From Campylobacterota bacterium (GTDB taxonomy: Bacteria > Campylobacterota > Campylobacteria > Campylobacterales > Arcobacteraceae), in the NCBI GenBank assembly GCA_051746405.1, contig JBNJFB010000043.1:1-20419 (forward strand): a stretch of DNA of 20,419 nucleotides, given 5' to 3'. The notes under the pieces were generated by a model, which was not told the origin of the DNA, made no database searches, and saw only the letters and a list, made by a program, of their open reading frames with translations. The position numbers were made by a program, and so were the translations under genes. This document shows, piece by piece, positions 1 to 9,582 of this stretch (position 1 is its first letter; every line of letters starts with the position of its first letter).

Positions 1-474
1 AAAGCCAGCACTTATACCGCATATTACAAGTTTTTTTCTATCTCTAGCTGAGAATTTAACAAGTTGTGAAATAAATGAGGCAGACCCCGCTCCTATTTGA
101 GCACCTGGTCCTTCTTTACCCACTGAACCACCTGTAAAAATTGTAATTACTGTAGCAAATAGTTTAATTGGTATGACTTTAACATCCATTAGCCCATCTT
201 TTTTATGAACAGCTTCAATCACTTTTTCAGTACCATGACCTTTCGCATCAGGTGCGAACTTTTTGACTATAAAAATAGTTAGCATTAAACCAAAGGGCAG
301 TAAATAGTATGAGTCAAAGGGAAGAAAAGTTTCACCTTGTGTATTTGCACTATGGATTACATTTAAGAAGAATGTTATTATTGCACCAATAATTACACCA
401 ATTGCTGAAGATAGTAGTACCCATTTGGTTACACTAAAAAAAATTAATGATTGTTCTAAAAAGTGTTTTTTCAT
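1..474 (-). CDS. ClC/EriC-family chloride channel/transporter, 5' portion (runs off the window's left edge)
   Basis: Not in the ORF track. Manual translation from ATG at 474 gives MKKHFLEQSLIFFSVTKWVLLSSAIGVIIGAII...APDAKGHGTEKVIEAVH...TIFTGGSVGKEGPGAQIGAG...DRKKLVICGISAGF, open to position 1. It has the ClC G(K/R)EGP motif (106-120), a GxGxx filter motif (226-240) and hydrophobic helices. Confidence 0.92.
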   Translation of the reverse strand, partial: MKKHFLEQSLIFFSVTKWVLLSSAIGVIIGAIITFFLNVIHSANTQGETFLPFDSYYLLPFGLMLTIFIVKKFAPDAKGHGTEKVIEAVHKKDGLMDVKVIPIKLFATVITIFTGGSVGKEGPGAQIGAGSASFISQLVKFSARDRKKLVICGISAGF

Positions 475-546
475 TTGATTATTTCTTTGGAAGTTTATAT
501 GATAAAATTGTAACAAAACAAAGTAAGATAAAATTAAAAAAGTGAC

Positions 547-552
547 ATTATA
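547..552 (-). promoter_or_regulatory. Putative sigma70 -10 box (TATAAT) for the ClC gene
   Basis: attata on + reads TATAAT on -, about 70 nt upstream of the ClC ATG. Confidence 0.45.
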
Positions 553-572
553 AAACAGAAGTTTTAGAATTT

Positions 573-581
573 TGTTATACT
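573..581 (+). promoter_or_regulatory. Putative extended -10 (TGtTATACT) for the yaiI-like gene
   Basis: TGN-TATACT lies 20 nt upstream of ATG 602, with AAGG RBS at 592-595. Confidence 0.5.
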
Positions 582-601
582 TTTAAAAAGTAAGGTTGAA
601 A

Positions 602-1048
602 ATGATTTTATATATTGACGGTGATGCTTTTCCTAATCTTTTAAAGCCAATTGTATTAAGAGCTATAGAGAAAAAAGCTTTGAAAAGTTTTGTTGTATCA
701 AATAAAAAAGTTAATATTGGTAAATCAAAACATATAACATATATAATAGTTCAAAGTGGTGCCAATGAAGCTGATGATAAGATAGTTGAGCTTGTAGGGG
801 AAAATGATTTGGTAATAACAGCAGATATCCCACTTGCAAATAGGGTAATAAGTAAAAATGCCTATGCTATTGATCATAGGGGTGAAACATATACTATAGA
901 TAATATAAAAGAGTATTTGGCATTTAGAAACTTGATGCAAGAGTTAAGAGATAGTGGTGAAGTAACAAAGGGACCAAAACCATTTAATCAAAAAGATTGC
1001 CAAAACTTTGCAAACTCATTAAATGATTTTTTTCAAAAGTTATCTTAA
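602..1048 (+). CDS. yaiI: YaiI/YqxD family protein (UPF0178/DUF188)
   Basis: N-terminal ILYIDGDAFP (family consensus IxVDADACP), EADDKIV, DLVITADIPLA, RNLMQELR and GPKPF. ATG 602 is preferred over TTG 596 from the RBS spacing. Confidence 0.88.
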   Translation: MILYIDGDAFPNLLKPIVLRAIEKKALKSFVVSNKKVNIGKSKHITYIIVQSGANEADDKIVELVGENDLVITADIPLANRVISKNAYAIDHRGETYTIDNIKEYLAFRNLMQELRDSGEVTKGPKPFNQKDCQNFANSLNDFFQKLS

Positions 1049-1085
1049 AGGTCAAAATACAATGTAAAACTAACCTAAAGTACAA

Positions 1086-1107
1086 TTAAGGTTAGATTCA
1101 GTATAAT
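1086..1107 (+). promoter_or_regulatory. Putative sigma70 promoter of the rpsL operon
   Basis: TTAAG (1086-1090) and a perfect TATAAT (1102-1107), the usual Campylobacterota RpoD architecture. Confidence 0.65.
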
Positions 1108-1235
1108 CCGATACTTTTTTAGAAAACTCACGTAAAGTTTCCTAGAATGGTAGTATCGTTCAACAGTATGTTGAAATCCGCGAGAAGCATGAGCATTGCT
1201 TTAATTGCTCAAACCAACTTAATAAAAGGGAAAGA

Positions 1236-1610
1236 ATGCCTACAATTAATCAGCTTATTAGAAAAGAGCGAAAAAAGGTGATCAAAAAATCAAAATCACC
1301 AGCATTAGAAAAATGTCCACAAAGAAGAGGCGTATGTACTAGAGTATATACAACAACACCAAAGAAACCAAACTCAGCTTTAAGAAAAGTTGCAAAAGTT
1401 AGATTAACTACTGGATTTGAAGTAATTTCATACATAGGTGGTGAGGGTCATAACTTACAAGAACACTCTATCGTATTAGTTAGAGGGGGAAGAGTTAAGG
1501 ATTTACCTGGTGTTAAGTATCACGTTGTAAGAGGTGCTTTAGATACAGCTGGTGTTGCAAATAGAAATGTTGCAAGATCTAAATACGGTACTAAAAAGCC
1601 AAAGAAATAA
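1236..1610 (+). CDS. rpsL: 30S ribosomal protein S12
   Basis: MPTINQLIR..., [31 protein letters not shown]. Confidence 0.99.
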   Translation: MPTINQLIRKERKKVIKKSKSPALEKCPQRRGVCTRVYTTTPKKPNSALRKVAKVRLTTGFEVISYIGGEGHNLQEHSIVLVRGGRVKDLPGVKYHVVRGALDTAGVANRNVARSKYGTKKPKK

Positions 1611-1614
1611 GTAG

Positions 1615-2094
<480 letters not shown>

Positions 2095-2112
2095 GAATAG
2101 GAAATAGATAAT

Positions 2113-4221
2113 ATGGCTAGAAAAACACCACTTAATAGAGTAAGAAATATTGGTATTGCTGCGCATATTGATGCAGGTAAAACAACGACAACTGAGAGAA
2201 TTCTGTTTTATACAGGGGTTTCTCATAAAATAGGTGAGGTTCATGACGGTGCTGCTACTATGGACTGGATGGAACAAGAACAAGAAAGAGGTATTACAAT
2301 TACTTCTGCTGCGACAACTTGTCACTGGCCTCACCCAAAAACAAACGATGATTTACAAATAAACATCATTGACACTCCAGGTCACGTTGACTTTACAATT
2401 GAAGTTGAAAGATCTATGAGAGTTTTAGATGGTGCAGTTGCAGTATTCTGTTCAGTTGGTGGAGTTCAACCACAATCTGAAACTGTTTGGAGACAAGCTA
2501 ATAAGTATGAAGTACCAAGAATGATTTTTGTTAATAAAATGGATAGAACTGGTGCAGATTTCTTTATGGTTGAAAAACAAGTTGCAGAGAGATTAAAAGC
2601 TAATCCAGTTCCAATTCAAATTCCTATTGGAGCAGAAGAAGACTTCAAAGGTGTAATTGACTTAGTTAGAATGAAAGCTATTGTTTGGGATGATGATGCT
2701 GCAATGGGTTCTGCATATTCAGAAGAAGAGATTCCAGCTGAATTACAAGAACAAGCTGAAGAGTATAGAGAAAAGATGATTGAAGCAGCAGCAGAGTCTT
2801 CTGAAGAGTTAATGGAAAAATACTTTGAAGAGGGTGAATTAACTGAAGAAGAGATCGTAGCAGGTATCAAAAGAGGTTGTCTTGATATGGCAATTACTCC
2901 AATGACTTGTGGTACTGCTTTTAAAAATAAAGGTGTTCAAACTTTACTTGATGCTGTGGCTATGTATTTACCAGCTCCAACAGAAGTTGCTGATATTAGA
3001 GGTGAGACTCAAGATGGTGAAGCAGTTATTGTTCCATCAACTGATGATGGTGAATCAGCTGCATTAGCATTTAAAATTATGACTGACCCATTTGTTGGGC
3101 AGTTAACATTTGCAAGAGTTTATAGAGGTGTTATCAAATCAGGTACATATATCATGAACTCTACAAAAATGAAAAAAGAGAGAGTTGGAAGACTACTTAA
3201 AATGCACTCTAATAATAGAGAAGAGGTTGCACAGTTATACGCAGGTGAAATCGGTGCTATTGTTGGACTTAAAAATACAATTACAGGTGATACTTTAGCA
3301 ACTGATAAAGATCCAGTAATCTTAGAAAGAATGGAGTTCCCAGAACCTGTTATTTCTGTTGCAGTTGAGCCAAAAACTAAAGCTGACCAAGAAAAAATGG
3401 GTATTGCTTTAGGTAAATTAGCAGAAGAAGATCCATCATTTAGAGTTAAAACTGATGAAGAATCAGGTCAAACTATTATTTCAGGTATGGGTGAATTACA
3501 CTTAGATATCTTAGTTGATAGAATGAAAAGAGAGTTTAAAGTAGAAGCTGCTGTTGGTGCACCTCAAGTTGCATACAGAGAAACTATTAAAAATCCAGTT
3601 AAATCTGAGCATAAATATGCTAAACAATCAGGTGGTAAAGGTCAATATGGACATGTTCATTTAGATATTACACCATTACCATCAGATAGTGAAGACAACT
3701 ATGTATTTATTGATAAAATTAAAGGTGGGGCTGTTCCAAAAGAGTATATCCCTGCGGTTGAAAAAGGTTGTAAAGAAGCAATGGCTGGAGGTATCCTAGC
3801 TGGTTACCCAATGGTTAATATTGGTGTTACTTTATATGATGGTTCATATCACGACGTTGACTCATCTGAAATGGCGTTTAAACTTGCTGCATCTATGGCA
3901 TTTAAAGATGGATGTAGAAGTGCAACTGCTCAACCTGTTATATTAGAGCCAATGATGAAGGTTGAAGTTGAAACACCTGAAGAGTATATGGGTGATGTAA
4001 TTGGTGATGTTAATAAAAGAAGAGGACAAGTTCAATCTATGGATGACAGAGCTGGTGTAAAATTAGTTACTGCAATGGTTCCATTAGCTGAAATGTTCGG
4101 TTATTCAACTGATTTAAGATCTATGACTCAAGGTAGAGCAACATATGGTATGCTATTTGATAGTTACGATGAAGTACCAAAAAATGTTTCTGATGAAATT
4201 ATTAAACAAAGAAATGGTTAA
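2113..4221 (+). CDS. fusA: Elongation factor G
   Basis: [41 protein letters not shown] and [10 protein letters not shown]; 702 aa; directly after rpsG. Confidence 0.99.
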   Translation: MARKTPLNRVRNIGIAAHIDAGKTTTTERILFYTGVSHKIGEVHDGAATMDWMEQEQERGITITSAATTCHWPHPKTNDDLQINIIDTPGHVDFTIEVERSMRVLDGAVAVFCSVGGVQPQSETVWRQANKYEVPRMIFVNKMDRTGADFFMVEKQVAERLKANPVPIQIPIGAEEDFKGVIDLVRMKAIVWDDDAAMGSAYSEEEIPAELQEQAEEYREKMIEAAAESSEELMEKYFEEGELTEEEIVAGIKRGCLDMAITPMTCGTAFKNKGVQTLLDAVAMYLPAPTEVADIRGETQDGEAVIVPSTDDGESAALAFKIMTDPFVGQLTFARVYRGVIKSGTYIMNSTKMKKERVGRLLKMHSNNREEVAQLYAGEIGAIVGLKNTITGDTLATDKDPVILERMEFPEPVISVAVEPKTKADQEKMGIALGKLAEEDPSFRVKTDEESGQTIISGMGELHLDILVDRMKREFKVEAAVGAPQVAYRETIKNPVKSEHKYAKQSGGKGQYGHVHLDITPLPSDSEDNYVFIDKIKGGAVPKEYIPAVEKGCKEAMAGGILAGYPMVNIGVTLYDGSYHDVDSSEMAFKLAASMAFKDGCRSATAQPVILEPMMKVEVETPEEYMGDVIGDVNKRRGQVQSMDDRAGVKLVTAMVPLAEMFGYSTDLRSMTQGRATYGMLFDSYDEVPKNVSDEIIKQRNG

Positions 4222-4250
4222 TAAATCAATTTAGATTAATGATTTTACCT

Positions 4251-4286
4251 AAAAGGGAGATGTGTTTCACATCTCCCTTTTTTTTT
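4251..4286 (+). terminator. Rho-independent terminator after fusA
   Basis: AAAAGGGAGATGTG-ttt-CACATCTCCCTTTT perfect stem followed by a long T tract. Confidence 0.92.
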
Positions 4287-4335
4287 GCTTAAAATCTTAC
4301 AAAATGTAATTATTATAATCATTACAAATAAATTA

Positions 4336-4344
4336 TGGTAAAAT
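4336..4344 (+). promoter_or_regulatory. Putative extended -10 (TGgTAAAAT) for NAD kinase-recN
   Basis: TGN-TAAAAT about 30 nt upstream of TTG 4376, with RBS AAGGGA at 4362-4367. Confidence 0.5.
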
Positions 4345-4375
4345 CGTACTAATTTATAAACAAGGGAAGAATAGT

Positions 4376-5245
4376 TTGAGGTTAAAAAAGAGTTTAAAAT
4401 TGCTAGATCAAATTTCAACTGCAGGAATTATTTTAAAACCATCAAGTCCTGAACTAAAAAAATCATACGAAGTTATTAAAAGTTTATTTGAAAAAGCAAA
4501 TATAAAAACTATACTTGAGTATAACTCTGCAAAAATGATAGGCCAAGAGGGTATGCCATTAAGTACACTATGTCAAGAAGTTGATTTTCTAGTTTCAGTT
4601 GGTGGTGATGGAACACTTTTATCTGTTGTAAGGGAGTCATATGAGTTTTGTATACCAATATTGGGTATTAACTTAGGAACATTAGGCTTTTTAACAGATA
4701 TAAATATGGATCAACTTGAACAGTTTTTATTGGATTTAAACTCAAATAATTATAGAATTGATAATAGAATGATGGTTGAGGGAAGTCTAAATCTAAATAG
4801 TTTTGTTGCATTTAATGATATTGTTATTTCTAGAAAATCAATCTCTTCAATGGTATCAATTGAAGCTAGAATTGATGGAAAACTTTTTAATTCATACTAT
4901 GGTGATGGGGTTATAATCTCAACTCCAACAGGTTCAACTGCATATAACTTATCTGTTGGAGGTCCTTTGGTTTATCCTTTAACAGAGGCTTTTATAATAA
5001 CGCCAGTGGCACCTCATTCATTAACTCAAAGACCCTTAGTAATGCCTGCTGATTTTGAAATAGAGTTTGATATTGTAGATAATAAAGGTGCTGTTATTAT
5101 AGTTGATGGGCAAGATATATATGAGATTGAAGATAATCAAAGACTTAAGATAAAAATAGCTAAACAGAATGCAAGATTAATTCATAGGTGTGATAGAAAC
5201 TATTTTGATGTTTTAAATGAAAAATTAAGATGGGGAAATAAGTAA
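4376..5245 (+). CDS. nadK: NAD(+) kinase
   Basis: VGGDGTLL, GINLGTLGFLT, FNDIV and GDGVIISTPTGSTAYNLSVGGP signature motifs; TTG start. Confidence 0.97.
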   Translation: MRLKKSLKLLDQISTAGIILKPSSPELKKSYEVIKSLFEKANIKTILEYNSAKMIGQEGMPLSTLCQEVDFLVSVGGDGTLLSVVRESYEFCIPILGINLGTLGFLTDINMDQLEQFLLDLNSNNYRIDNRMMVEGSLNLNSFVAFNDIVISRKSISSMVSIEARIDGKLFNSYYGDGVIISTPTGSTAYNLSVGGPLVYPLTEAFIITPVAPHSLTQRPLVMPADFEIEFDIVDNKGAVIIVDGQDIYEIEDNQRLKIKIAKQNARLIHRCDRNYFDVLNEKLRWGNK

Positions 5246-5246
5246 A

Positions 5247-6776
5247 ATGATTAATAGAATATATTTAAACAACTGTTTATCTTTTAAGGAAGTTGAATTA
5301 AATTTTAATAAGGGTTTAAATATCTTTACAGGTCCAAGTGGTGCTGGTAAATCTATCTTTATGGAAGCAATGCTCTCAATTTTCTCTTTGGCTAATGTAA
5401 AGTCAAATATTGCAGAGGTAAATTTAAGTAATATGAATATTCAAGAAGAGTCATATGGCATAGAAGTAGGTGACGATATCGTAATAAAAGCGATTAAAAA
5501 AGAGAATTTAAGATATTTTTTAAACAACCAATCTATTTCAAGAAAAAAATTAAAAGAGTTTAGTAGTAGATTAATTAAACATTTAAATTTAAAAGATACA
5601 AGTGATTTTAAAAATGATAAACTACTAAACTTTTTGGATAGACTTTTATATGATAATAAGAGTTTTAATGAATTAAAAGCAAACTTCGAGTTTCAGTATA
5701 AACAGTTAGTTCAACAAAAAAACAGATTAGAAAAAATAGAAGATGATGAATTAAAAATAGAAGAGTTAAAAGAGTTTACAAAATTTGAAATAGAAAAAAT
5801 TGAGAAGATTGATCCAAAAATTGACGAGTATGAAGAGTTAGCAAGAATAAAAGATAAGCTGTCAAAAAAAGAGAAAGTAACTCAAGCTATTGAAAAAGCA
5901 AGTCCAATTATGAATTATACTGCTTATGTTAATGAAGTTTTAGAGTTATTAGATGTAAACAGCGGTTTTTTTGATGATTCAATAAATGAGTTAAATAATA
6001 TCTTTGAGAGCTATAGTGATAGTTTAGAAGAGTTAGAAGAGGTTGATATAGAGTATATTCTTGATAGAATAGAGAAACTATCTTTTTTACAAAAAAAGTT
6101 TGGAAGTATAAGTGAAGCTTTAGAGTATAAAAACAAAAAACAAAAAGAGCTACAAGAGTATGAGAATATATCTTTTGAAAAAGAGAGTTTGATTAAAACT
6201 ATATCTTCATTAGAAGATAGTATTTATGATTTATCTTCTCAAATGACTATATATAGAAAAAAAGCCTCTAAAAAATTAGAAAACACTATGAATAAATATT
6301 TAAAAGAGTTATATCTAAATGAACTAACAATTGATATTGATAAAAAAGAGCTAAGTGTCACAGGTGTAGATTTTGTTGAACTTAAGCTAAAAGATGTAAG
6401 TTTGGATAGTATAAGTTCAGGGGAGTTTAATAGATTAAGGTTAGCTCTATTAACTTCAATGAGTCAATTTGATATTGTTGATAATGGAATACTTTTCTTA
6501 GATGAGATTGATGCAAACTTAAGTGGTAAAGAGAGTGATGCTATAGCAAAAGTATTAACAAAGTTAGCAAACTCATATCAAATATTTGCAATTTCACATC
6601 AGCCACAATTAACTTCAAGTGCAAATCAACACTTCTTAGTAGATAAAAAAGAGTCTATTTCAACAATAAAAAGCTTAAGTTATGAACAAAAAGTAGAAGA
6701 AATCTCAAGAATGATTAGTGGAAAAGATATCACTCAAGAAGCGGTTGAGTTTGCAAAAAATCTTTTAGAACAATAA
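5247..6776 (+). CDS. recN: DNA repair protein RecN (SMC-like ATPase)
   Basis: Walker A TGPSGAGKS, long coiled coil, signature SSGEFNRL, Walker B LFLDEIDAN and ISHQPQL; conserved nadK-recN adjacency. Confidence 0.93.
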   Translation: MINRIYLNNCLSFKEVELNFNKGLNIFTGPSGAGKSIFMEAMLSIFSLANVKSNIAEVNLSNMNIQEESYGIEVGDDIVIKAIKKENLRYFLNNQSISRKKLKEFSSRLIKHLNLKDTSDFKNDKLLNFLDRLLYDNKSFNELKANFEFQYKQLVQQKNRLEKIEDDELKIEELKEFTKFEIEKIEKIDPKIDEYEELARIKDKLSKKEKVTQAIEKASPIMNYTAYVNEVLELLDVNSGFFDDSINELNNIFESYSDSLEELEEVDIEYILDRIEKLSFLQKKFGSISEALEYKNKKQKELQEYENISFEKESLIKTISSLEDSIYDLSSQMTIYRKKASKKLENTMNKYLKELYLNELTIDIDKKELSVTGVDFVELKLKDVSLDSISSGEFNRLRLALLTSMSQFDIVDNGILFLDEIDANLSGKESDAIAKVLTKLANSYQIFAISHQPQLTSSANQHFLVDKKESISTIKSLSYEQKVEEISRMISGKDITQEAVEFAKNLLEQ

Positions 6777-6787
6777 AAAAATCTAAT

Positions 6788-6813
6788 ATTAGTGAATAGT
6801 TATTCATTAATTT
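6788..6813 (+). terminator. Weak hairpin after recN, possible terminator
   Basis: ATTAGTGAAT-agtt-ATTCATTAAT stem with one G-U pair; poor U tract. Confidence 0.35.
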
Positions 6814-7090
6814 AACTTATATAAAATGTCACAAAAGTGTTTCTTTTGTACTCAATGTACGAAAAATGTCAATAAAATGTAAATAGTTTCTGTTTTAGTT
6901 ATTAATAAAGTTTAATTATCAGAATTATAAATTAAATTTCAAAATCTATTGAAAATCTTAAATTAAAGCTATTTGCTTGCTATTTATTAAAGTTATATAA
7001 ATTTTACTAATAATAAATATACTTTTTAACTATAAATAAAAATAAAAGTAGCTGTATAAGAGTTTCAAATATTTGTATATTTAGGTTTTA

Positions 7091-7111
7091 TTAAGATATT
7101 TAAACTATAAT
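7091..7111 (+). promoter_or_regulatory. Putative sigma70 promoter of the sox operon
   Basis: TTAAG (7091-7095) and TATAAT (7106-7111), same layout as the rpsL promoter; strong RBS AAGGAGG at 7161-7167. Confidence 0.6.
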
Positions 7112-7171
7112 TTTTATGTATAGAGGTGTATGTTTTTAAAATAATATATACCAACACTTTAAGGAGGAAAA

Positions 7172-8497
7172 ATGGCAAATGTAAGCGAGGTTTCTAGGAA
7201 GAATTTAACTCCTTCGTCTGATGAAAAGTTAAGTAGAAGAAACTTTTTTAAAAAGACAGCTTTATATTCAGCTAGTGCAGTTGCAGCTGCAAGTTCACTG
7301 GTACCAACAAAGCTAAAAGCTGATGATGAAAATATTGTTAACCATGTGGAGTGGGGAACAAAACTTGGTGATAAAGTTGATAAATATCCATATGGTGTTC
7401 CATCACCTTATGAGCACAACAACGTAAGAAGAGTACATGATTTATTATCATCAGGTGATAGATATGCAACTGTTTCTATGTCACCACTTCATCAACAAGA
7501 GGGAATTATAACTCCAAATGGATTATTCTTCTGTAGAAATCATGGGGGAACTGCTCATATAGATCCACATAAGTTTAGACTTATGATTCATGGATTAGTT
7601 GAAAAACCACTTGTATTAACTTTAGAACAGTTAAAAAGATATCCAAGTGAAAGTAGAATTCACTTTATTGAGTGTCCTGCTAATGGAAGTACAGGCTGGA
7701 GAGGACCACAGTTTAATAATCTACAGTTTGTAAAAGGTATGATGAGTTCAGCTGAGTGGACAGGTGTTATGCTAAAAACTGTATTAAAAGATTTAGGATT
7801 AAAACCTGAAGCTAAATGGATGTTAGCAGAGGGAAGTGATAACTCTGAAATGGGAAGAACTATTCCTATTGAGAAGGTTTTAGATGATGCTATGTTAGTT
7901 TGGGGACAAAATGGTGAGCCTTTAAGACCTGAGCAGGGTTATCCTGTAAGACTGTTACTTCCAGGTTGGGAAGGTAATTTAAATGTTAAGTGGCTTAAAA
8001 GATTAGAGTTTGGTGATAAACCATGGCATGCAAAAGAGGAAACATCAAAATATACAATGCTTCAACCAAATGGAAAAGCTATTAATTTCTTCTGGCCAAT
8101 GGAGGTAAACTCTATTATAACTTCACCATGTCCTGAAGTACCTTGGACGGATTTACAAAAAGGTGACGTGGTAGAAATACAAGGTATTGCATGGTCAGGT
8201 AGAGGTACAATTAAAACAGTTGATATATCACTTGATGGTGGTAAAAACTGGGTAGAAGCAGAATTAAAAGGGTTAGTTCTACCAAAATCATGGACTAGGT
8301 TTAGTTACTTTATAAAATGGGATGGAAAGAAAAAAGTTTTATTAAGTAGAGCTATAGATGATAGTGGACACATTCAACCATCAATTGACAAGCTAGTTGA
8401 TAACGTTGGTGTTGAAGGAATTTATCATAGAAATCCTATTGTAGGATGGGAAGTTACATCAAAAGGAGTTGTTAATAATGTACACGTTAGGAGCTAA
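7172..8497 (+). CDS. soxC: Sulfane dehydrogenase molybdoprotein subunit SoxC
   Basis: Tat motif SRRNFFK, GIITPNGLFFCRNHGG, Mo-ligand region FIECPANG, QNGEPLRPEQGYPVRLLLPGWEG, KWL and EETSKYT. Confidence 0.96.
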   Translation: MANVSEVSRKNLTPSSDEKLSRRNFFKKTALYSASAVAAASSLVPTKLKADDENIVNHVEWGTKLGDKVDKYPYGVPSPYEHNNVRRVHDLLSSGDRYATVSMSPLHQQEGIITPNGLFFCRNHGGTAHIDPHKFRLMIHGLVEKPLVLTLEQLKRYPSESRIHFIECPANGSTGWRGPQFNNLQFVKGMMSSAEWTGVMLKTVLKDLGLKPEAKWMLAEGSDNSEMGRTIPIEKVLDDAMLVWGQNGEPLRPEQGYPVRLLLPGWEGNLNVKWLKRLEFGDKPWHAKEETSKYTMLQPNGKAINFFWPMEVNSIITSPCPEVPWTDLQKGDVVEIQGIAWSGRGTIKTVDISLDGGKNWVEAELKGLVLPKSWTRFSYFIKWDGKKKVLLSRAIDDSGHIQPSIDKLVDNVGVEGIYHRNPIVGWEVTSKGVVNNVHVRS

Positions 8498-9572
8498 AAA
8501 ATTAATTTTAGGTTTAAGTATAACTGCTTCGGTTTTATTAACTGGATGTAATATTATTGATACTCCATCCCATGAAGCAGAACTTAAAAAGAATATTGAT
8601 GGTGCAGTTATTTATCCTGAAAAAAATGGCAAATATACTAAGTATCATTTAAATGAGCAAGAAGTTTCAGGCTTTGATGAGTATGGAAGAGCACCAACAG
8701 AAAATGAGATTGAAGCTTGGGATAAAGATGTTATGCCTGATGGCACTGGACTTCCTGAGGGAAAAGGTTCAGTTGAAATGGGTGATGAGTTATATCATGC
8801 ACAGTGTGCCACATGTCATGGTGATTTTGGTACAGGTGGAAAAGGTTACCCAACACTTGTAGGTGGAAAAGGTAGCTTAAAAAATCAATTAGGATTAACT
8901 GGAACTGAAGCACCACTTAAAACAATTGGTTCATATTGGCCATATGCATCTACACTATATTGGTATATACAAAGTGCAATGCCATTTAATCATCCAAAAA
9001 GTTTAAGTGATAATGAAACATATGCAATTACTGCATATTTACTTTTTGAAAATAGATTAAATGTAAATGGTGAAATGATAGATTATGACTTTGTTTTAAG
9101 CAAAGATAATTTCTTAGATGTTGAAATGCCAAATAAAGATGGTTTTTATCCTGTACATCCTGACAGAGATGATTTAAAAGAACAAAGACCACCATTAGCT
9201 CAAGGTGAAAGATGTATGAGTAATTGTAACCCACCTGAACCTGTTTTAATTGATTCTGGAATAGATACAGGTTTCTCACCACCATTGTCAACACAAAAGT
9301 CTTTACCTGAAGAAACAAATGAGAAACCAAAGTCAAAAGAGGCTAAAATATATGAAGCTAGTTGTGCTTCTTGTCATGAGAATAAAGCAATTGGTGCACC
9401 ACTATTAGGAGATAAAGATGCTTGGGATAAACTTCTTGAAAAAGGAGTTGATAAAGTATATGCAAACTCTATTAATGGAATAAATGCAATGCCACCAAAA
9501 GGTGGGAATATGGATTTATCTGATGAACAATTTAAAAAAGTTGTTGATTATATGATTGAATCTAGTAAATAA
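8478..9572 (+). CDS. soxD: Diheme cytochrome c SoxD (predicted lipoprotein)
   Basis: YGRAPT..WDKDVMPDGTGLPEGKGS, CATCHGDFG, TIGSYWPYASTL, MP, CMSNC and a second heme CASCH...MPPKGG. ATG 8478 is chosen from RBS AAGGAG at 8463-8468; overlaps the soxC end. Confidence 0.94.
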   Translation: MYTLGAKKLILGLSITASVLLTGCNIIDTPSHEAELKKNIDGAVIYPEKNGKYTKYHLNEQEVSGFDEYGRAPTENEIEAWDKDVMPDGTGLPEGKGSVEMGDELYHAQCATCHGDFGTGGKGYPTLVGGKGSLKNQLGLTGTEAPLKTIGSYWPYASTLYWYIQSAMPFNHPKSLSDNETYAITAYLLFENRLNVNGEMIDYDFVLSKDNFLDVEMPNKDGFYPVHPDRDDLKEQRPPLAQGERCMSNCNPPEPVLIDSGIDTGFSPPLSTQKSLPEETNEKPKSKEAKIYEASCASCHENKAIGAPLLGDKDAWDKLLEKGVDKVYANSINGINAMPPKGGNMDLSDEQFKKVVDYMIESSK

Positions 9573-9582
9573 AGGGGACGCT

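Noticed and set aside
475..545. Fluoride riboswitch upstream of the ClC gene
   Set aside because: The leader is U-rich with none of the conserved fluoride-riboswitch elements, and the protein lacks CLC-F motifs.
1236..1610. Streptomycin-resistance alleles in rpsL
   Set aside because: The K43 (PKKPNS) and K88 (RVKDLPG) positions are wild type.
6777..7171. Hidden small gene or Moco riboswitch in the long recN-soxC spacer
   Set aside because: The spacer is extremely AT-rich, has no ORF in the track and lacks the multi-stem structure expected of a Moco RNA; it is better explained as a regulatory region.
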